In this document: positions 24,455-37,871 of the stretch, piece by piece
Layout of the letters: every line of letters begins with the position of its first letter
Numbering within the stretch: position 1 is the stretch's first letter
Assembly: GCF_001194135.2 (NCBI RefSeq)
Contig: NC_068985.1
Location: forward strand, 73,635,128-73,699,127
Direction of reading: 5' to 3'
Origin: Octopus bimaculoides
Lineage: Eukaryota
DNA: 64,000 nucleotides
Made by a program: the position numbers and the translations under genes
The notes under the pieces: model-generated
The model's input: the letters and a program-made list of their open reading frames with translations, nothing else
What the model was told of the DNA's origin: nothing
Databases searched by the model: none

Positions 24455-24960
24455 CATTCCCAGTCGAATTACAAATCTACCGAGAAGATAGAAGACGAGG
24501 ATTGATGAGTGTACAATCATTTCTATTAGCAACAGATAGGTTGCTGGCAGGGATGAGGTACTTTTAAGAGCATCACGAAAAGATACTGATGGAAGGAATA
24601 TAAAGAAATTTCGAAGACTTCAACAAATTCAGAAGCAAGAATTAGTAAAAAAAGCATCAACGTATGGAAGTGTACACAGCTGTTAAGCAATTCCGGCTGC
24701 CAATAAAGAATGGTGTTTTGTTGAACAAGGCAGAGGGACTTATCCATCTGCGCACAAGGATACAAAGATTATAAATAATCAGAAAGAGTATGAATAAGCG
24801 TAGTATTTCGGTTGCATGTAGAATATTTGTTAAACAAAAAGAAACGGTTGGAGTTTTGATCGCTGGATGTAAGATACTTGCTTCGAATGTTTTCAAGATG
24901 ACGCTGCCACATTGCTACAGTTGCAGATTTGTTAAATGTTTAGATTCGAGGATGCAGAAG
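24455..24960 (+). mobile_element. R4/Dong-like LINE fragment (post-RT to CCHC knuckle)
   Basis: LQIYREDRRRGLMSV (the RLY.PR..GGRGL motif) and CRIFVKQKETVGVLIAGCKILA; multiple frameshifts. Confidence 0.7.
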
Positions 24961-25264
24961 AGTGAAGTAAGCATCTTGTCTGTGACAACGAACTTGTAAG
25001 CTTATTTGTTACAATCAAAGAGAAACTTCAGACTGGCATATTGTTGTTTAATCGATGTTGCTTCTCTTGTTTGATGCTATGATGGTTGACAGAGACATTA
25101 GAAATTAGAAACCGACCATTGCCTAAGGAATATAAGAAAATTCGGAATTGCTATATGTTATTAACCTAATTGTAATAAGTAGCGTGTAGTGTAACAAAAT
25201 TTTAAATGGATGATCGAAAACATGAGTTTACTGATTCTACAGAAAGCTTATTTTCTTTTCACAG

Positions 25265-25365
25265 CAACGATCATTGGAACAGTATTAGATACCAAAATTT
25301 GAAAATGGTAGATTGGTATCGAGAAATACAAAATCAGCACGAAAAAGTAGTATTAATTCCAAAAG
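25265..25365 (+). CDS. Candidate internal coding exon of an unidentified gene
   Basis: Acceptor TTATTTTCTTTTCACAG, donor AAAG|GTATGA, 101 nt; only one frame is open (NDHWNSIRYQNLKMVDWYREIQNQHEKVVLIPK). No homology recognised. Confidence 0.3.
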
Positions 25366-25967
25366 GTATGATTTCGGAGAGGATAAAACCGGATAAAAAT
25401 AAGAAAAAAATTAAGTAATTTTGAAAATAATAAATCAAAACCAGATAAAAGCAAGACACTCGAAATAGTATAATTTATGTCCACAATTTTTCAGTGTATG
25501 GTAATGTGCTAAGTGGCATAAAGAAGCATAAATCAATGGCTATTGATTTTCGAGATTACAAGTCGACAAAACTGGGAAGAATCTCAGAAAACTGAGAAAA
25601 TAATATATCAAACCAAAACCAAATTATGATATTTCGGTGACGATGTAAATCTCCCACTTCATCTCCATAGCATCAAGTACACTTATTTCTAGATACTTTG
25701 AATATTCTTTGAATCTCGGCGTTTGGTTCACTTTTCCAATTTCGTTCTTTTTATTTACAAATCGGAAACGTTTCTAGTTAATCGTCAAACACTCATAAGT
25801 TACAAAATTCACCGGACGAAATATTGTAGAACTGTTAAAAGGCTTCAAGCATATTTTGCTGGACGTAAAAAAAACTTTTAAAATGACAAATTGCAGTTTG
25901 TTATTGTTAGACTTAATATTTCAACAGAAAATTACATGTTTATAATATAAAGAGACACACGTTTTAG

Positions 25968-25994
25968 AGACAGAAGCAGTATTAATTCCAAAAG
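25968..25994 (+). CDS. Candidate 27-nt symmetric microexon
   Basis: GTTTTAG|AGACAGAAGCAGTATTAATTCCAAAAG|GTAATA gives (E)TEAVLIPK in frame with the previous candidate. The acceptor is weak. Confidence 0.2.
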
Positions 25995-26074
25995 GTAATA
26001 TTTAACTCCATCTAAAGCGGAAAGCCAGCAGTATCATTAAAGAGCCGGAGGAAATGCTTAACGGCAGTGCACCC

Positions 26075-26185
26075 ATATTTACATTCTAGGTTCAAAATCT
26101 GCTCAGGTCGGCTTTGCCTATCATCCTTTCGGAAGTCAATAGAATAAGTACCAGTTGAGTACTGTGGTCGATGTAATCGACATAC
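26075..26185 (+). mobile_element. SINE family C fragment
   Basis: GGTTCAAAATCTGCTCAGGTCGGCTTTGCCTATCATCCTTTCGG...AATAAGTACCAGTTGAGTACTGTGGTCGATGTAATCGAC. Confidence 0.65.
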
Positions 26186-26197
26186 CCAATCTCTCTA

Positions 26198-26531
26198 CCA
26201 CGAGAAAAAACTCTCATATTGACCATCGGTTCGTAAACACACTCTTGTATATATCGCTAGCGAGGAGATAAGACCTTCGCCATTGACAACGTCGAGACTA
26301 TCACCACATCACGTCGATTTCGGCCTCCCTTGGTCTTGTCAATGACGAACGCCTGAATGCTAGAGATAGCACCGATATATCTCCGCTATCAATATATAGG
26401 ATGGTAGAGCCGGAACAGGCAAGTGATTTAGTGGTCTTGGCGTTGACAGTAGCGAAGGGTTTATCTCGGCTAGCGATATAAAGAAGAGTGGTTTTACGCA
26501 CCAAAGGCCAATATGAGAGACACTCTCATGA
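26198..26531. mobile_element. TA-flanked MITE with about 25-bp TIRs
   Basis: TA|CCACGAGAAAAAACTCTCATATTGACC ... GGCCAATATGAGAGACACTCTCATGA|TA, plus an inner IR ATATCGCTAGCGAG/CTCGGCTAGCGATAT. Confidence 0.75.
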
Positions 26532-26974
26532 TAACTATCTCAAACTTCTGCGTCTTAACCACACATATGATTTTAAGTGAGGATAAAAATTAACTATATG
26601 ATATACGTTCTATTTTATTGGTTACGATTACAATCACGTTACTTCCATAACGTCCGTTAATAGTTGTCTATTGAACGGAAGCAAAGGTAGACAGGTATAT
26701 TAATGTTAAATCAAATATTATATTGACATGTCTTTGAAAGTTAGATTCAGTGTAACACATATTACACAAACATTCGTAATGCCATAAAAATTGCATTCTT
26801 AAAGATTGGTCCCTACAAAAATCTAGTTTGAAACATCTACCGAATAATTACCTTAACTGGATAACGCTTCATCTTTGTTCAAACAATTTATTTTACATAA
26901 AAAGATATACATAGTAATCATCGTCGTCATCTTACTTTGCTTTTAAATCATGTACACTCTATTGTATATGTACA

Positions 26975-28085
26975 CTGATATTACCTATCTAATGGAGCAT
27001 ACTGGCTACAGTTCTTTCAGGCCTTCGATTGTCCTCAGCAGTCACAGCCTATGTCTCACTTCCATGTAACATAGCTGTTCGTACTTACAATCTACCTTTC
27101 ACTCTGAGTGAGAGGTTCTTCGTTAGTAACAAAAGTAGTATCTGCCTGAACTTTGCTCAGCCCATTCGTATTCTGTGCTTTCGGAACAACATCCACCACT
27201 GCTAACTTGGTCACCTATGTAACGGAAACTGTCAACTAGTTTTAAAGATACCCCCACTAACATATGAGGTAGTCTATTTTTTTTATATTCCGGGTGTTTA
27301 ATCTTCCAGTGCTAGCGCTGCACCATTTATGTGTGCATAGCTTGCACTGAGTACAGAGTATGGAGTTTTTCCCAACAATTTCTACATTTTCTGCATATGG
27401 AGCAGGGCACTGTCTCGGGAAGGAGCTGCTAATTTCTGTCTTCCTACTTATTAGGACTTTGGCTAATTTAACTCAAGGCCCTTTAATTCCAGGTCTTAAC
27501 TTCTACACCACAAATTTCTTCCCTGGCGCTTGTAGTGATTCAGCAATAAGAATAAGATCATCGGTGTAGGGGAGTTCTTAAGGGCAGCCAATCTTCTGTT
27601 ATAGCTTCGAGGCCTATGATAAATAAGAGGGGACTGAGAACCGATCCTGAACTGTACACTAAATTGCTTGCTATGCTCATTAGCGTATTTCACCTTACCG
27701 ACAGCATCCACGTACATGGCTTTTACAGCTCTCACTAACCCTCATCTATCCCTAGCCTCGGTATTGCCCACTAGATAGGGGTGCCGGAGACCTTGGCGAA
27801 CGTTTTTTCCAAGTCAACAAACGCCAAATACAGTTGCCTCACAGGACTATAGCATCGGTTGTGCTTCTACCTGGCATCTCATGTAGGCTAACTCTCTTTC
27901 AAATTAATTGAATTATGACCTTTTCTGTAACGTTTATTACCTGGTACAGCAATTTGATGCCTCCGTAATCATTTCTGTTTCAGGCAACACTTTTGCCTTT
28001 GAGGCAATTGACTATAATGCTGCTACATCAATTCCTGGGTATGACTCACTCGTGGACAACCTGATTAATTATACGGGTGACTAGG
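26975..28085 (-). mobile_element. RTE-clade LINE reverse-transcriptase fragment
   Basis: IKLLYQVINVTEKVI; GRSTTDAI; LYLAFVDLEK; VRAVKAMYVDAV.KV; GLRVKLAK; PCSICRK; FRYIGDQVSSGG; LSLRVKGRL; RTAMLHGSET. Confidence 0.9.
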
Positions 28086-29456
28086 TCATATTCCACTCAA
28101 GTATCATTCGTGTAAAATATAAAATTTCTATGAATGTTGATAGCGTGTTGTATAAGCTATGTAATATACGTATAAATATTATGACCCCAATTTAAAATTA
28201 ATGTATAAATTAATATTCAAATTCCATCTTTCAGGTGTTTTGAAACTCGTCTTTTATATGTTAGGAATAAATAATTGCATTGGCCCCAGCGGCACAGTGT
28301 ATTGAAATGATAAATCATATTACTTCTCCGAAAGTAGTTTATTTACCATAGGAAACATTTCAAATTATTTCAGAAAACAAGAAAATAGAGTGTTTTTTTT
28401 TCTACCGAATACAACGTATTATTTTACAGTCTTTCTATATATACATAAACAAGCACTTATCACGCTGCACCTCTCTACCCACCACTCGTGTATTTGTATA
28501 TACATTTGCATGAATTTATGCCAATACTCATATAATATTCTATCTATAACTTTGTTCATATTATTTTACATAAATCTATGTATCACCTTCTCTATCCACA
28601 AAAACAAGAGTGAATATTCAAGAATAATACAAAATATCATTCGATACGTAGGTATTTGCTCAAGAAAATCTCGTCACTCTTGAGGCCAGTTTTCGACGAA
28701 ATATAGAAAGTAAAACATTTGCCTACATTTGATACGCGAACATGGTATTTATTTTGTGAAGGATAATGTAGGCTAAAAGTGTTGTTGAAGTGGAAAATAT
28801 AATACTTCAATGCATACGAAAATGTTATCATGTGATTCGCATTTACAAGGAATGAAACTTTTCTAAACTTCTTAAGTTCTAAGAGGAGAAACCTTGAGTA
28901 GGTATACAGAGAAAAAGTCTAAAACTCTACGCTTTTTGAATTGCATTTCCTTATTTCTTTCCTTTTGCTGTTAGAAAATCATAAATGATTACGGTTGTAT
29001 TGGAAATCCATATTCAGTTTCTTTATCAAAAGACCAAAAGAAAAGTAAAAAGGAAATTAAACACTATTTTCCGCATGATAAAGACGAAAAGTAACATGAT
29101 TATCATACGAAACAGTCTCTCTTTTACCAGTATGATGAATATTTTGTTTAAATTAATACGATATTGGAACTTTTACTTACATCTAAAATTTTGCAACATA
29201 ATACGTGAAGCAAGGAATTTACTTGTACAATGCAAATGTCTCGCATTTCTGTTAATGATAAATAGCACCACATACTAAAGATCTACTTGTAATGACTTCT
29301 ACTGATTAGCTTATGATTCAGCGAAGAGAAATATGTACGCGCGCACGCGCACACACACATGTTATAAATTATATATGCATTTGTGTGTAGGGATAGACAG
29401 ACAGAAAAAGCGATACACAGATAGATCAATAGATAGATGAATTTATATATATATAT

Positions 29457-29517
<61 letters not shown>

Positions 29518-30299
29518 CTAATGGATACAATTGTTTCTGTGCGGGGTATGTATTTATAAGCATTTTTATATCTTAGTATCAATTCGTTTCTTATATTTCT
29601 AGTGAATCTTCTTCGTATCTGCACTGATTCACCAATATACTTTTCCATAAACCGTTCCTCCATTTTTTTGTATCAATTTTAGCATCTTATATCTTAGTGT
29701 AAATTCAGCCCTTATGTACTGTCTGTTTTTTTCTTATTCTTCATCATTTAATTCTTCGGCTTAGAATTTTTTCATATAAACTAGCCTTCTATCTTTTGAT
29801 AAACAGAAGTTGTCTGAACATCACTTAATTTAATACCAGTCACTCACTTCCCGAATATATACAGATAATAACCTTAGGAGGTTATGTTTTCTAAACAGCA
29901 CCTTTCGTATTGAAGATAAGCGGTAATAGTGTCTTTCCATTCCGTGCGCTGGCGTATTTTTTTTTAGATATAAATTTCTGTTACTATAATTGTATGATTA
30001 AGTTTACCGTTTAATTTATAACTTCTTAAGTATTTACTGTTAAAAGTTTCCTGCGAATGTGGCATGCACACATGTATGTGTGCCTGTTTGTATATATATA
30101 TATATATTTGAAGTTAAGCAACAAAAATTCAATAGGTTATAGCAGTACGTACGTTTCATACAAGCTCCATTTATTCATGTAGTGAGAACACTATAGAAAA
30201 TATAATGAAAATGTACTCCTCAGCTGCATAAAGGAATTTCATCTGGTGCCTCAAACATTTTAAGTACCACATTTAATCTTTTGATTAAATCTATATTAT

Positions 30300-30454
<155 letters not shown>

Positions 30455-30455
<1 letters not shown>

Positions 30456-31380
30456 AGAGGTGTATGAGAGGTATTTCTTTCCTCTGCATCTAGTATCATT
30501 GTTACGTGTATTTGCCCATCTAGTTCCTGAAACACCTTTTGATTTGTTTCAAACAATCTGTCTTGCCTGAACAGTCTTTTCCTCTTGTCATATTTTTCTA
30601 GTTTTGCTTTGATTGCTACTACACTTCGTTGCAATTCTTCCAGTATCACACCATAACCTTTATCTCTTATTCGATATGATCTTTCCAGCATTATTCCTAT
30701 GCTTTGGTTCTGCAATTCCCCTGTTCTCAATTTAGCAACTTGCCCTAAATATCTTTTCAACATTCTTTGTTTCTCACAAATTCGTCTACGCCAGTATGGT
30801 CCTTTACCTTTTGTTTGTTCTTTTCTTTTGTATCCAAATATATCTGCAGCGACCATAGCTGCATCCCAAGCAATCTTGTTAGTTTCAGTTATATTTCTCG
30901 CCTGGAATAGCCCAAGAAGCGAATCTATCTTTTCGGTTTCAACCTTAAGCTTGCAACGGTCAGTGTACTTCAGGTTGAGTTGGGGGTTGCTTGATCCTGG
31001 TCTTCTCTAATATGTCGGCACAGCATCCTCATTGTATCTTGTTGGTCATCATCGTATTCTTGTGGTAGAGCACTTCCTGTTACTTCTACTTCATTTACTG
31101 AGAATGCATTTACATTTACTCTTTGCTCTACTTCTTCACTGTCGCCTTTCATTTTTCTGTTCTCACTGAGCACTATATCTGTTGGTGAAGTATTATTTCT
31201 ATTTTCTTCTTCCTTTTTATCTCTTCTATTTCTATGTCTGTTAACCATCCTTTTCCTGTTATTGCTCTCGTCAGGTCGGCTAACCGTTGCTTACTTGTTC
31301 CAAGAGTCCTATCTCATTCCAGTTTGCTTTCATTCGTTGTGGAAATCCCCTTCTTCTGGGTTCACTCCTGATCCAGCATT
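30455..31380 (-). mobile_element. R4/Dong-like LINE, N-terminal ORF fragment (second subfamily)
   Basis: RMKANWNEIG..QRLADLTRAI; PYWRRRI; ILEELQRSVVAIKAKLEKYDKRKRLFRQDRLFETNQKVF; truncated before RT. Confidence 0.85.
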
Positions 31381-31384
31381 CAAT

Positions 31385-32405
31385 TATTAGTAGCATCTGA
31401 TGTACTACTATTTTAAAAGTTGGACCAAAGTGCGATAATTACAGTTCTGATCTTAAAACATTTTGAATTTCTTCAAATGATTTTTGACACCTGTCTGACC
31501 AATACCATTTTACACCTTTTTTCAATAGGTTGTTTAAGGGTGCTCTTAGCTCATGCATGCTTGGTAATAGTTCGCGAGCCCTAAGAACGCTTGTAATGTA
31601 ATATTTTTCGAGGTACGCATATTATTTATTACCGCCGATCTTGAAGGGTCTGGCCTCCAACCATTTTTATCGATAACTTGCCCAAGATACTTTATTTCTG
31701 GCATGAAATATTCGCATTTTCCTCGCTAAGTTTGAATCCATGCTCCTTTATTTTCTCAAAAAACATTTTAATATGTTCCTCATGCTGGCCTCTAGATTCA
31801 CTTTTTATGAGTATGTCATCCAAATATGCTGTAGCGAAATCCGTATCTGCAAGCATCGTATACATCACTTTGTGGAAAATACTAGGTGCCAAATTTATAC
31901 CAAAAGGAAGTCGATTGAAATTATAAAAACATTTATGAGTGTTTATCGGGAATAATTTCGAACATTTTTCCTCGACTTGCAACAGTAAATGCGCCTCCAA
32001 CAAGTTCCATTTTGAGAAAAATTTCCTATGGGTTTGATAGTGGATAAGTGTATGTCCTTAACATTCGTTGAAACCTGTTCAAAAGTCCGCGCATACTCAT
32101 ATTTTGTTATTCATTTCTCTTCATAAACAGTCGGTGCTGCCCATTCTGAATAATCAACTTTTTCTATAACTTCAAGTTTTTCTAGCCTATCTAATTCGTC
32201 GCCCATTCTGAGTTATCAACTTTTTCTATAACACTCAGCTTTTCTAGCCTATCAAATTCCTCGGTGACTTGATCCGACGCTGCGAAAGGTACATCTCGGC
32301 TCGGTTTAGAAATACCTGTGCGGCGTTTTCTTTTACTTGAAATTTTACTTTTATCTTGGTGCATCTACCTAATTCTTCCAAAAAAAACATCAGGAAAAAA
32401 CATTT
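31385..32405 (-). mobile_element. Ty3/gypsy pol fragment (RT to start of RNase H)
   Basis: EELGRCTK; ELDRLEKLEVIEKVDYSEWAAP; INTHK..FNRLPFGINLAPSIF; AYLDDILIKS; SFEEIQNVL; SDA. Confidence 0.92.
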
Positions 32406-32494
32406 TTCTGGAAGTCTCTCTGCCGCTCCGCTGTGCTGTGTCGCTTTCCGTCTCTGCCATTCTCTAGGTCCTTCTCTCCTCTCTTCGTCTCTAG

Positions 32495-34766
32495 AAGCCA
32501 AGTTCTATGTTTCCTGCCTTTATGAAGTTCCCTGCCTTTAAAGTAGCCTTTGCACATTTATCAAGTCCGAATTCCATACCTATATCAGAGCTGAATTCTT
32601 TGACAATATTCAAGAGCTCTTCTAATTGTTTGTCGTTTTTGGCGAACAGTTTTAGATCATCCATATAGAGTAGATGATTAATTTTCTGGTCAAAGATTTT
32701 ATATCCACTCTTAGTATTATTCAGTCGCGTGGAAACAGAGCGATACAGAATAGTAATAGTGATAATGAGTCATCTTGAAAGATACCACAAGCGATATTGA
32801 TGTCTGGTGAGGTGATATATCCTTGTGTATGATTTAAAATGAGGACAGTTCTCCACGAATTCATGATTGTTTTAAAAGTTCACAATTATTGGAGCTACCT
32901 GGTAAATTTCCAGGGCCTTGATGACCCATTAATGGGGGTCACTGTCAAAAGCCTTCTTGTAACCTATCCGAGCTGTGCAAAGGTTTCTGCGTTTGAATTT
33001 GCAATTTCCAGTGATCATGTTATCAATCAGTTATTGGTCCGCACGTCCATATGAACTCCTTTTACATCCCTTTTGTTTCACTGAGAATAACGTCTTATTG
33101 TCAAAGAATTCATTTGTTCTCTTCGCTAGATGTTACCACTTTATATATGTGGTAGTGAGGTATATTATTAGTCGGTATTTTGACGGGGTTAGCAGTTTCT
33201 TCTGTTTTCGGTAAGAGATATGTAATCCTTTCTGTAAGCCACTTTGGGGCTTTCGCAGTGTTGGACATGACTTCACTGAATGCTACGGCTAAATTGTGGT
33301 GGGTGCTCATTAAAGAGGTTAACCAACAATTTGGAATCTTATCTATACCTGGGGATTTCCATTTCTTTGACTTGGCGAGCATCGCTTTCACTTCTTCAGT
33401 TGTTATATCCTGCCATTCTTGATATTTGAAGTGAGCATTGATGACTTCTATGTACCTGACCCAATGTGCATTCTGATTAAACTCCTTTAGATTGCTCCAA
33501 ATGTTTTTCCAAAAATCTTCAGTTTGCTGCTGGGATTTTCCCCAGTTCCCTGTAGAATTTATTTCTGTTCTCCTTGAATACTATGTTTTGTCTAGAAAAT
33601 GCCGGGCGTTTTTTGTATCTTGCCAGTCGTTTGGTTTTTAATTGTAGTTTTTGTTTGAGGATTTCAATCTGTGTATTCTTTGTTTTCTTGTAAAGGTCAT
33701 GTTTAGCAATTATTCTTATTAGTTTGTTGGGTTTATTAGTTTTTCCTTTGCTTGCTTCAAGTAGAAAAGATATATCTGCTCATAGTTGGATTATTTTCCG
33801 GTTTATTCTTCCCATCCATGCTGCTGTTTGTGTACATTGCACTTTTTTTGTCTACCTCTAATTTTAATACTGCATTTCTGAGTTGCAACATAAGCAGCTG
33901 AGTAAATGAGTTGATTAATCACTCCGAGGGCATTTTCTCTACTATTCTCAAGGACTTGTCGTATCATCTTTCTGAGTTCTTGATCAATTTCTTTGATTAT
34001 TTGTCTGTTCATATTAGTATTAATAATTGTGGGAAGTGGGACACTTTCGTTTAAAGGCTGATGTAGTTGTATTAGATATTGTTCTAATACTCTCTCTAAC
34101 AGTTCATTGCTGACGTGATCATGTATAATGCTTTTAGTATCAACTGGTGGTCCACCTTCATAGGGTTCTGTGTACCTAGTTTTCTGGTGAGTTTGTGATT
34201 TCAGGGCTTTTTGTCTGTGGTTATAAATGAGTGTGTGTTATACTGAGCTAACTTTTGACTGATCTGACTATTTTGTCAATTTCACTGTCGGTTAATCATA
34301 TATATTCTTTAGGATATCACATGTCACAGCTCCTAGTTTATTACTCTCCATGTGCAGCCTGCTATGCGGGTTTTTGCACCTCGAGATATTGTAGATATTT
34401 TTTCATGTGTATGATGTTTCTGGGTTTAGTGTTGAATAATAATAAGCATATATTCTATATATCCCTCCTTCGTCCATTTCTGTCTTGTATTTCTACTTCT
34501 TTGAGATAGGTTTGGTAGTGGATCCTGAGCGTCAGCTTTGAGAATATCGCTGGTTTGATTTGTTACAGGTTCTTTAGGAGGTTGGTCCTGTTTTAACGAC
34601 GAGCCTAAGTTCGCTGATGAACGCGTTCTTCGAAAAACACGGATTCTAGAGGGTATTTTCATGGTTGGTATCCAAAGCCAAGCTACAAGTACAGAAGGTT
34701 AACCAGTTGAATCATTCCTTAGGTAAGCTTCAGAGGTCCCAGGCATCATCATTTCCCGGGGGAAAA
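32495..34766 (-). mobile_element. R4/Dong-like LINE, 5' end through RT, 3'-truncated
   Basis: RQKWTKEGY; KWKSPGIDKIPNCWL; PKWLTERITYLLPK; GIFQDDSL; KINHLLYMDDLKLFAK; GMEFGLDKCAK. The 5' end abuts (TAA)n at 34767-34789. Confidence 0.92.
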
Positions 34767-34789
34767 ATATTATTATTATAATTATTATT

Positions 34790-35197
34790 CCTTCGTAACA
34801 CAGTGTAAGTAAAAATGCACCGGAGTCTTTAGTCATGTGTCAAGCCGCAACAAGGACATCGAAGAGATAATACCTTCCTAAAGATGTGCGCTGTGCCCAA
34901 TAAGGATGCTTTTTGCAAGACATCAATCTTTCATGGGATGTCCAGTTGCCTTAATAAGTCTTAAAGTTTCAACGGTCCGATCAACACTGTTATCACTTTT
35001 ACATTACCCTCTTGCATTCCATACAACCTTGCCATTTCCCCTTTCAATTCGTAGTACTTGGGGATTTGTTCAACCTCTTTACTCACAACATTCATGTCGT
35101 TCGGTATGGCTACATCAATTTTCTGACAGGATTTGTCTCATTCAATATGACAATATCCGGCCTACGGTGTTCGATTACACGATCCGTCTGAAAATCA

Positions 35198-35198
<1 letters not shown>
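34790..35198 (-). mobile_element. R4/Dong-like LINE 3' end (RLE domain plus 3' UTR), 5'-truncated
   Basis: DFQTDRVIEHRRPDIV and LQKASLLGTAHIFRKVL; bounded by (TAA)n on both sides. Confidence 0.88.

Positions 35199-35270
<72 letters not shown>
35199..35270. repeat. (ATT)n microsatellite
   Basis: About 24 perfect units. Confidence 0.95.
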
Positions 35271-35272
<2 letters not shown>

Positions 35273-35460
35273 GGAGGCGAGTTGGCAGAAAAGTTAGTAC
35301 TTCGGAGAGAAATGACTAGCGGCATTTCATCCGTCGGGTCTCTTCTGTCTTCCATCGTTTCGGGTTCGTTAACATAGGTACTATTTGAAATCTGGGGTCG
35401 ATGTATTCGACTTACCTCTTTACATGAAATTGCTGTTCTTGTGCCAAAATTTGAAACCAT
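35271..35460 (+). mobile_element. SINE family C, internally shortened
   Basis: Head AAGGAGGCGAGTTGGCAGAAAAGTTAG; tail GGGGTCGATGTATTCGAC...GTGCCAAAATTTGAAACC. Confidence 0.7.
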
Positions 35461-36057
35461 TATTTTTTATTATTTTCTATGTGCATTTTATGATATATTT
35501 CTGTTACATCACTTCGATTTTGGATTCTAACATGAAACTGTTTTTAGATCTTAATGTGATATATGGAAAATTGAATATTTGGAAGCTTGCGTATTTTGTG
35601 TAGAAACGAAAACGAACCGCCTTTAGACGAAATTTCCTTTAGTCTTCTTTTACATACATAGAAATATTAGTGACACTAAATATCCACAAACACGTGAAAA
35701 CATGAAGTAATTGTGTGTATACCAAATTCTAATTTGGAAACCCATAAAAGGATGCAGATAGGTGTTTTTGTTTTATTTTTAGTAAAATTTATGTATTTGA
35801 GATGAGAATGTTTCGAAACTTCTCTAGAGAAGAATACTCGTAATATAAGTTTTGCAAATGAGTAACTAAGAATAGATTGGATATCTATTTCTCGCTGATG
35901 AAACGACTGCAGACACTTTTGATGGATTGAGATATGAAAAATCATATTCAAGTGATGTTACAGTTGACAATAAGAATGATAGTACCTATTGTACATGTGC
36001 AGTTCGATAGTATGTTGACGATGATAATGACAACAACGACGGCGACGTCGAAGAGAT

Positions 36058-36086
36058 AATGATGATGACGACGACGACGAAGATGC

Positions 36087-36156
<70 letters not shown>
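36058..36156. repeat. Compound (GAC)(GCT)(GAT) trinucleotide repeat
   Basis: Direct sequence; explains the poly-H/poly-Q ORF. Confidence 0.9.
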
Positions 36157-36157
<1 letters not shown>

Positions 36158-36815
36158 AATAAGCCAGAGTAAAATATTTGTATGCAAGTCATTTGCTCTA
36201 ATATTTGTCTTGTCGATTATATGTTAGACCATTACCGGATGTATGTAAGTTAATTTCAGTTTTGTGGTGCCACAGGAGGAAAACAGGAAAACGGTCCAGC
36301 GCAGCGTGATGAAAGTAGTAATTGCTATTCGCCTTGTATATGAGGGGTTATAAATTACCAATTAACGATAGCGAGTTGTTAGGTAGAATGTTTGGTAGCT
36401 CCTTATCCCAGTGCTATACAAATTATTTGAACAATGCAGAACCAAAACCAATGTCTAATAAAACATTTGTAAATCCTGTAAGAACTAATTACGGCGGTAA
36501 ATCAAACGAAGAATAAAACAGAGGTTATTGCTATTTATTGTATGCTGCACACAAGAATATAAATATAAAGACAGATAGAGAAAAAATGAACGACAGAAAA
36601 ACGAGGGTGAGCTACAGCGACAGCGAAACACACACGCGCACACACACACACACACACACACACGCATATATATATATATACAATAATAGGATAAGCTGTT
36701 ATATAAGAATTTATCAAGTAGTTATCGTGAGGCACTCTTGTATAGTTATGCCCNNNNNNNNNNNNNNNNNNNNNNNNNNNNNNNNNNNNNNNNNNNNNNN
36801 NNNNNNNNATATATA

Positions 36816-36848
<33 letters not shown>

Positions 36849-37871
36849 GCAGCCACTTGGCTGAAACACATAAATAAATAAATATATATATATATAGACT
36901 TTCCGTATTCCCGAGCGTCATACTAATATATACTTTTGTTATTTACACCACCTGTCCTCGTCTGTTGTTATTTTTTGTATATTCTCCCATATATATATAT
37001 ATATATATACATCGTGTGAAAGTGTGAGGCATTATGGTGGACAATGACCTATTGTTATGGGGACAAATATAAATGCTGTTAGATAAAAAAAAAGAAGAAA
37101 TTCCGGGAGAATATTGTTTAAATATCTATTGGGGGAAGTTGGAAATTATTATGACTTCAAAATACATGGCTTCGAATAAATCTCTACCTATCAAATAAAT
37201 TGTCTCTTTTACCTATAACATTGTTGTATAAAAAGTTGAAGCCATATTTGAAATGAACAATGACTTCGTTAATGTGAAAAATTCCGGTGTTTCTCAACCT
37301 AGAAGCAAAAAAAAAAAAAATCAAAATACTAAGTAACACTCTATAATGGAATTTGTTGCATGAATGAAATTAATGACGCAGCTCAAACACATCGGGGATG
37401 TAATGGTATTATTCTCTTTGATATTTGCTACAGGAGGTCTAGTTAAGAAGAATACACTAATATTATAATCAAGGGACTTGCGAAAATCACAAGCATAGTT
37501 AGATCATGGTAATAAAAATGAAAGTTAAAAATTTATCTTTACAACATCTTTGATATGATATAACCTCTAATATTGTCAACATGGCTATCAACCGGTGCAA
37601 GAATAAACTAATGAGGTAATTCGTGGATGAAGTCTTGGTCTGCTATAAATAAGAGCTATTAATCTAGGGTAAGTGAACCTTCTCGTTTAACAGGAAAGCG
37701 ACACACGAGATAACGTAGTTAGAAATTCCCTCTAAAACCGCTCTACAGGAATGCTTGGAATGCCTTTCATAATAAGTGTGTCCAATCAATGTTGTGCGAA
37801 GATAAACGGCAGTAACATACGAATGAATACCTTAATAATACTGTTCTGTATTTTAGAGACGAGGAATTCTG

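Noticed and set aside
29283-29663. KYIGES...RRRF as a GIY-YIG nuclease
   Set aside because: Equally compatible with a decayed R4 post-RT segment; the ORF is extended by a microsatellite.
34660-34766. HDV-like ribozyme at the R4/Dong 5' end
   Set aside because: Plausible from family knowledge, but I could not fold the nested double pseudoknot by eye; needs a descriptor search.
35948-36192. Poly-His/poly-Gln transcription-factor-like ORF
   Set aside because: Trinucleotide repeat with no flanking domain or splice support.
37435-37508. Exon-like segment (also tiny AG/GT pairs near 14490, 18605, 22791)
   Set aside because: Stops in all frames or implausibly short; such signals are common by chance.
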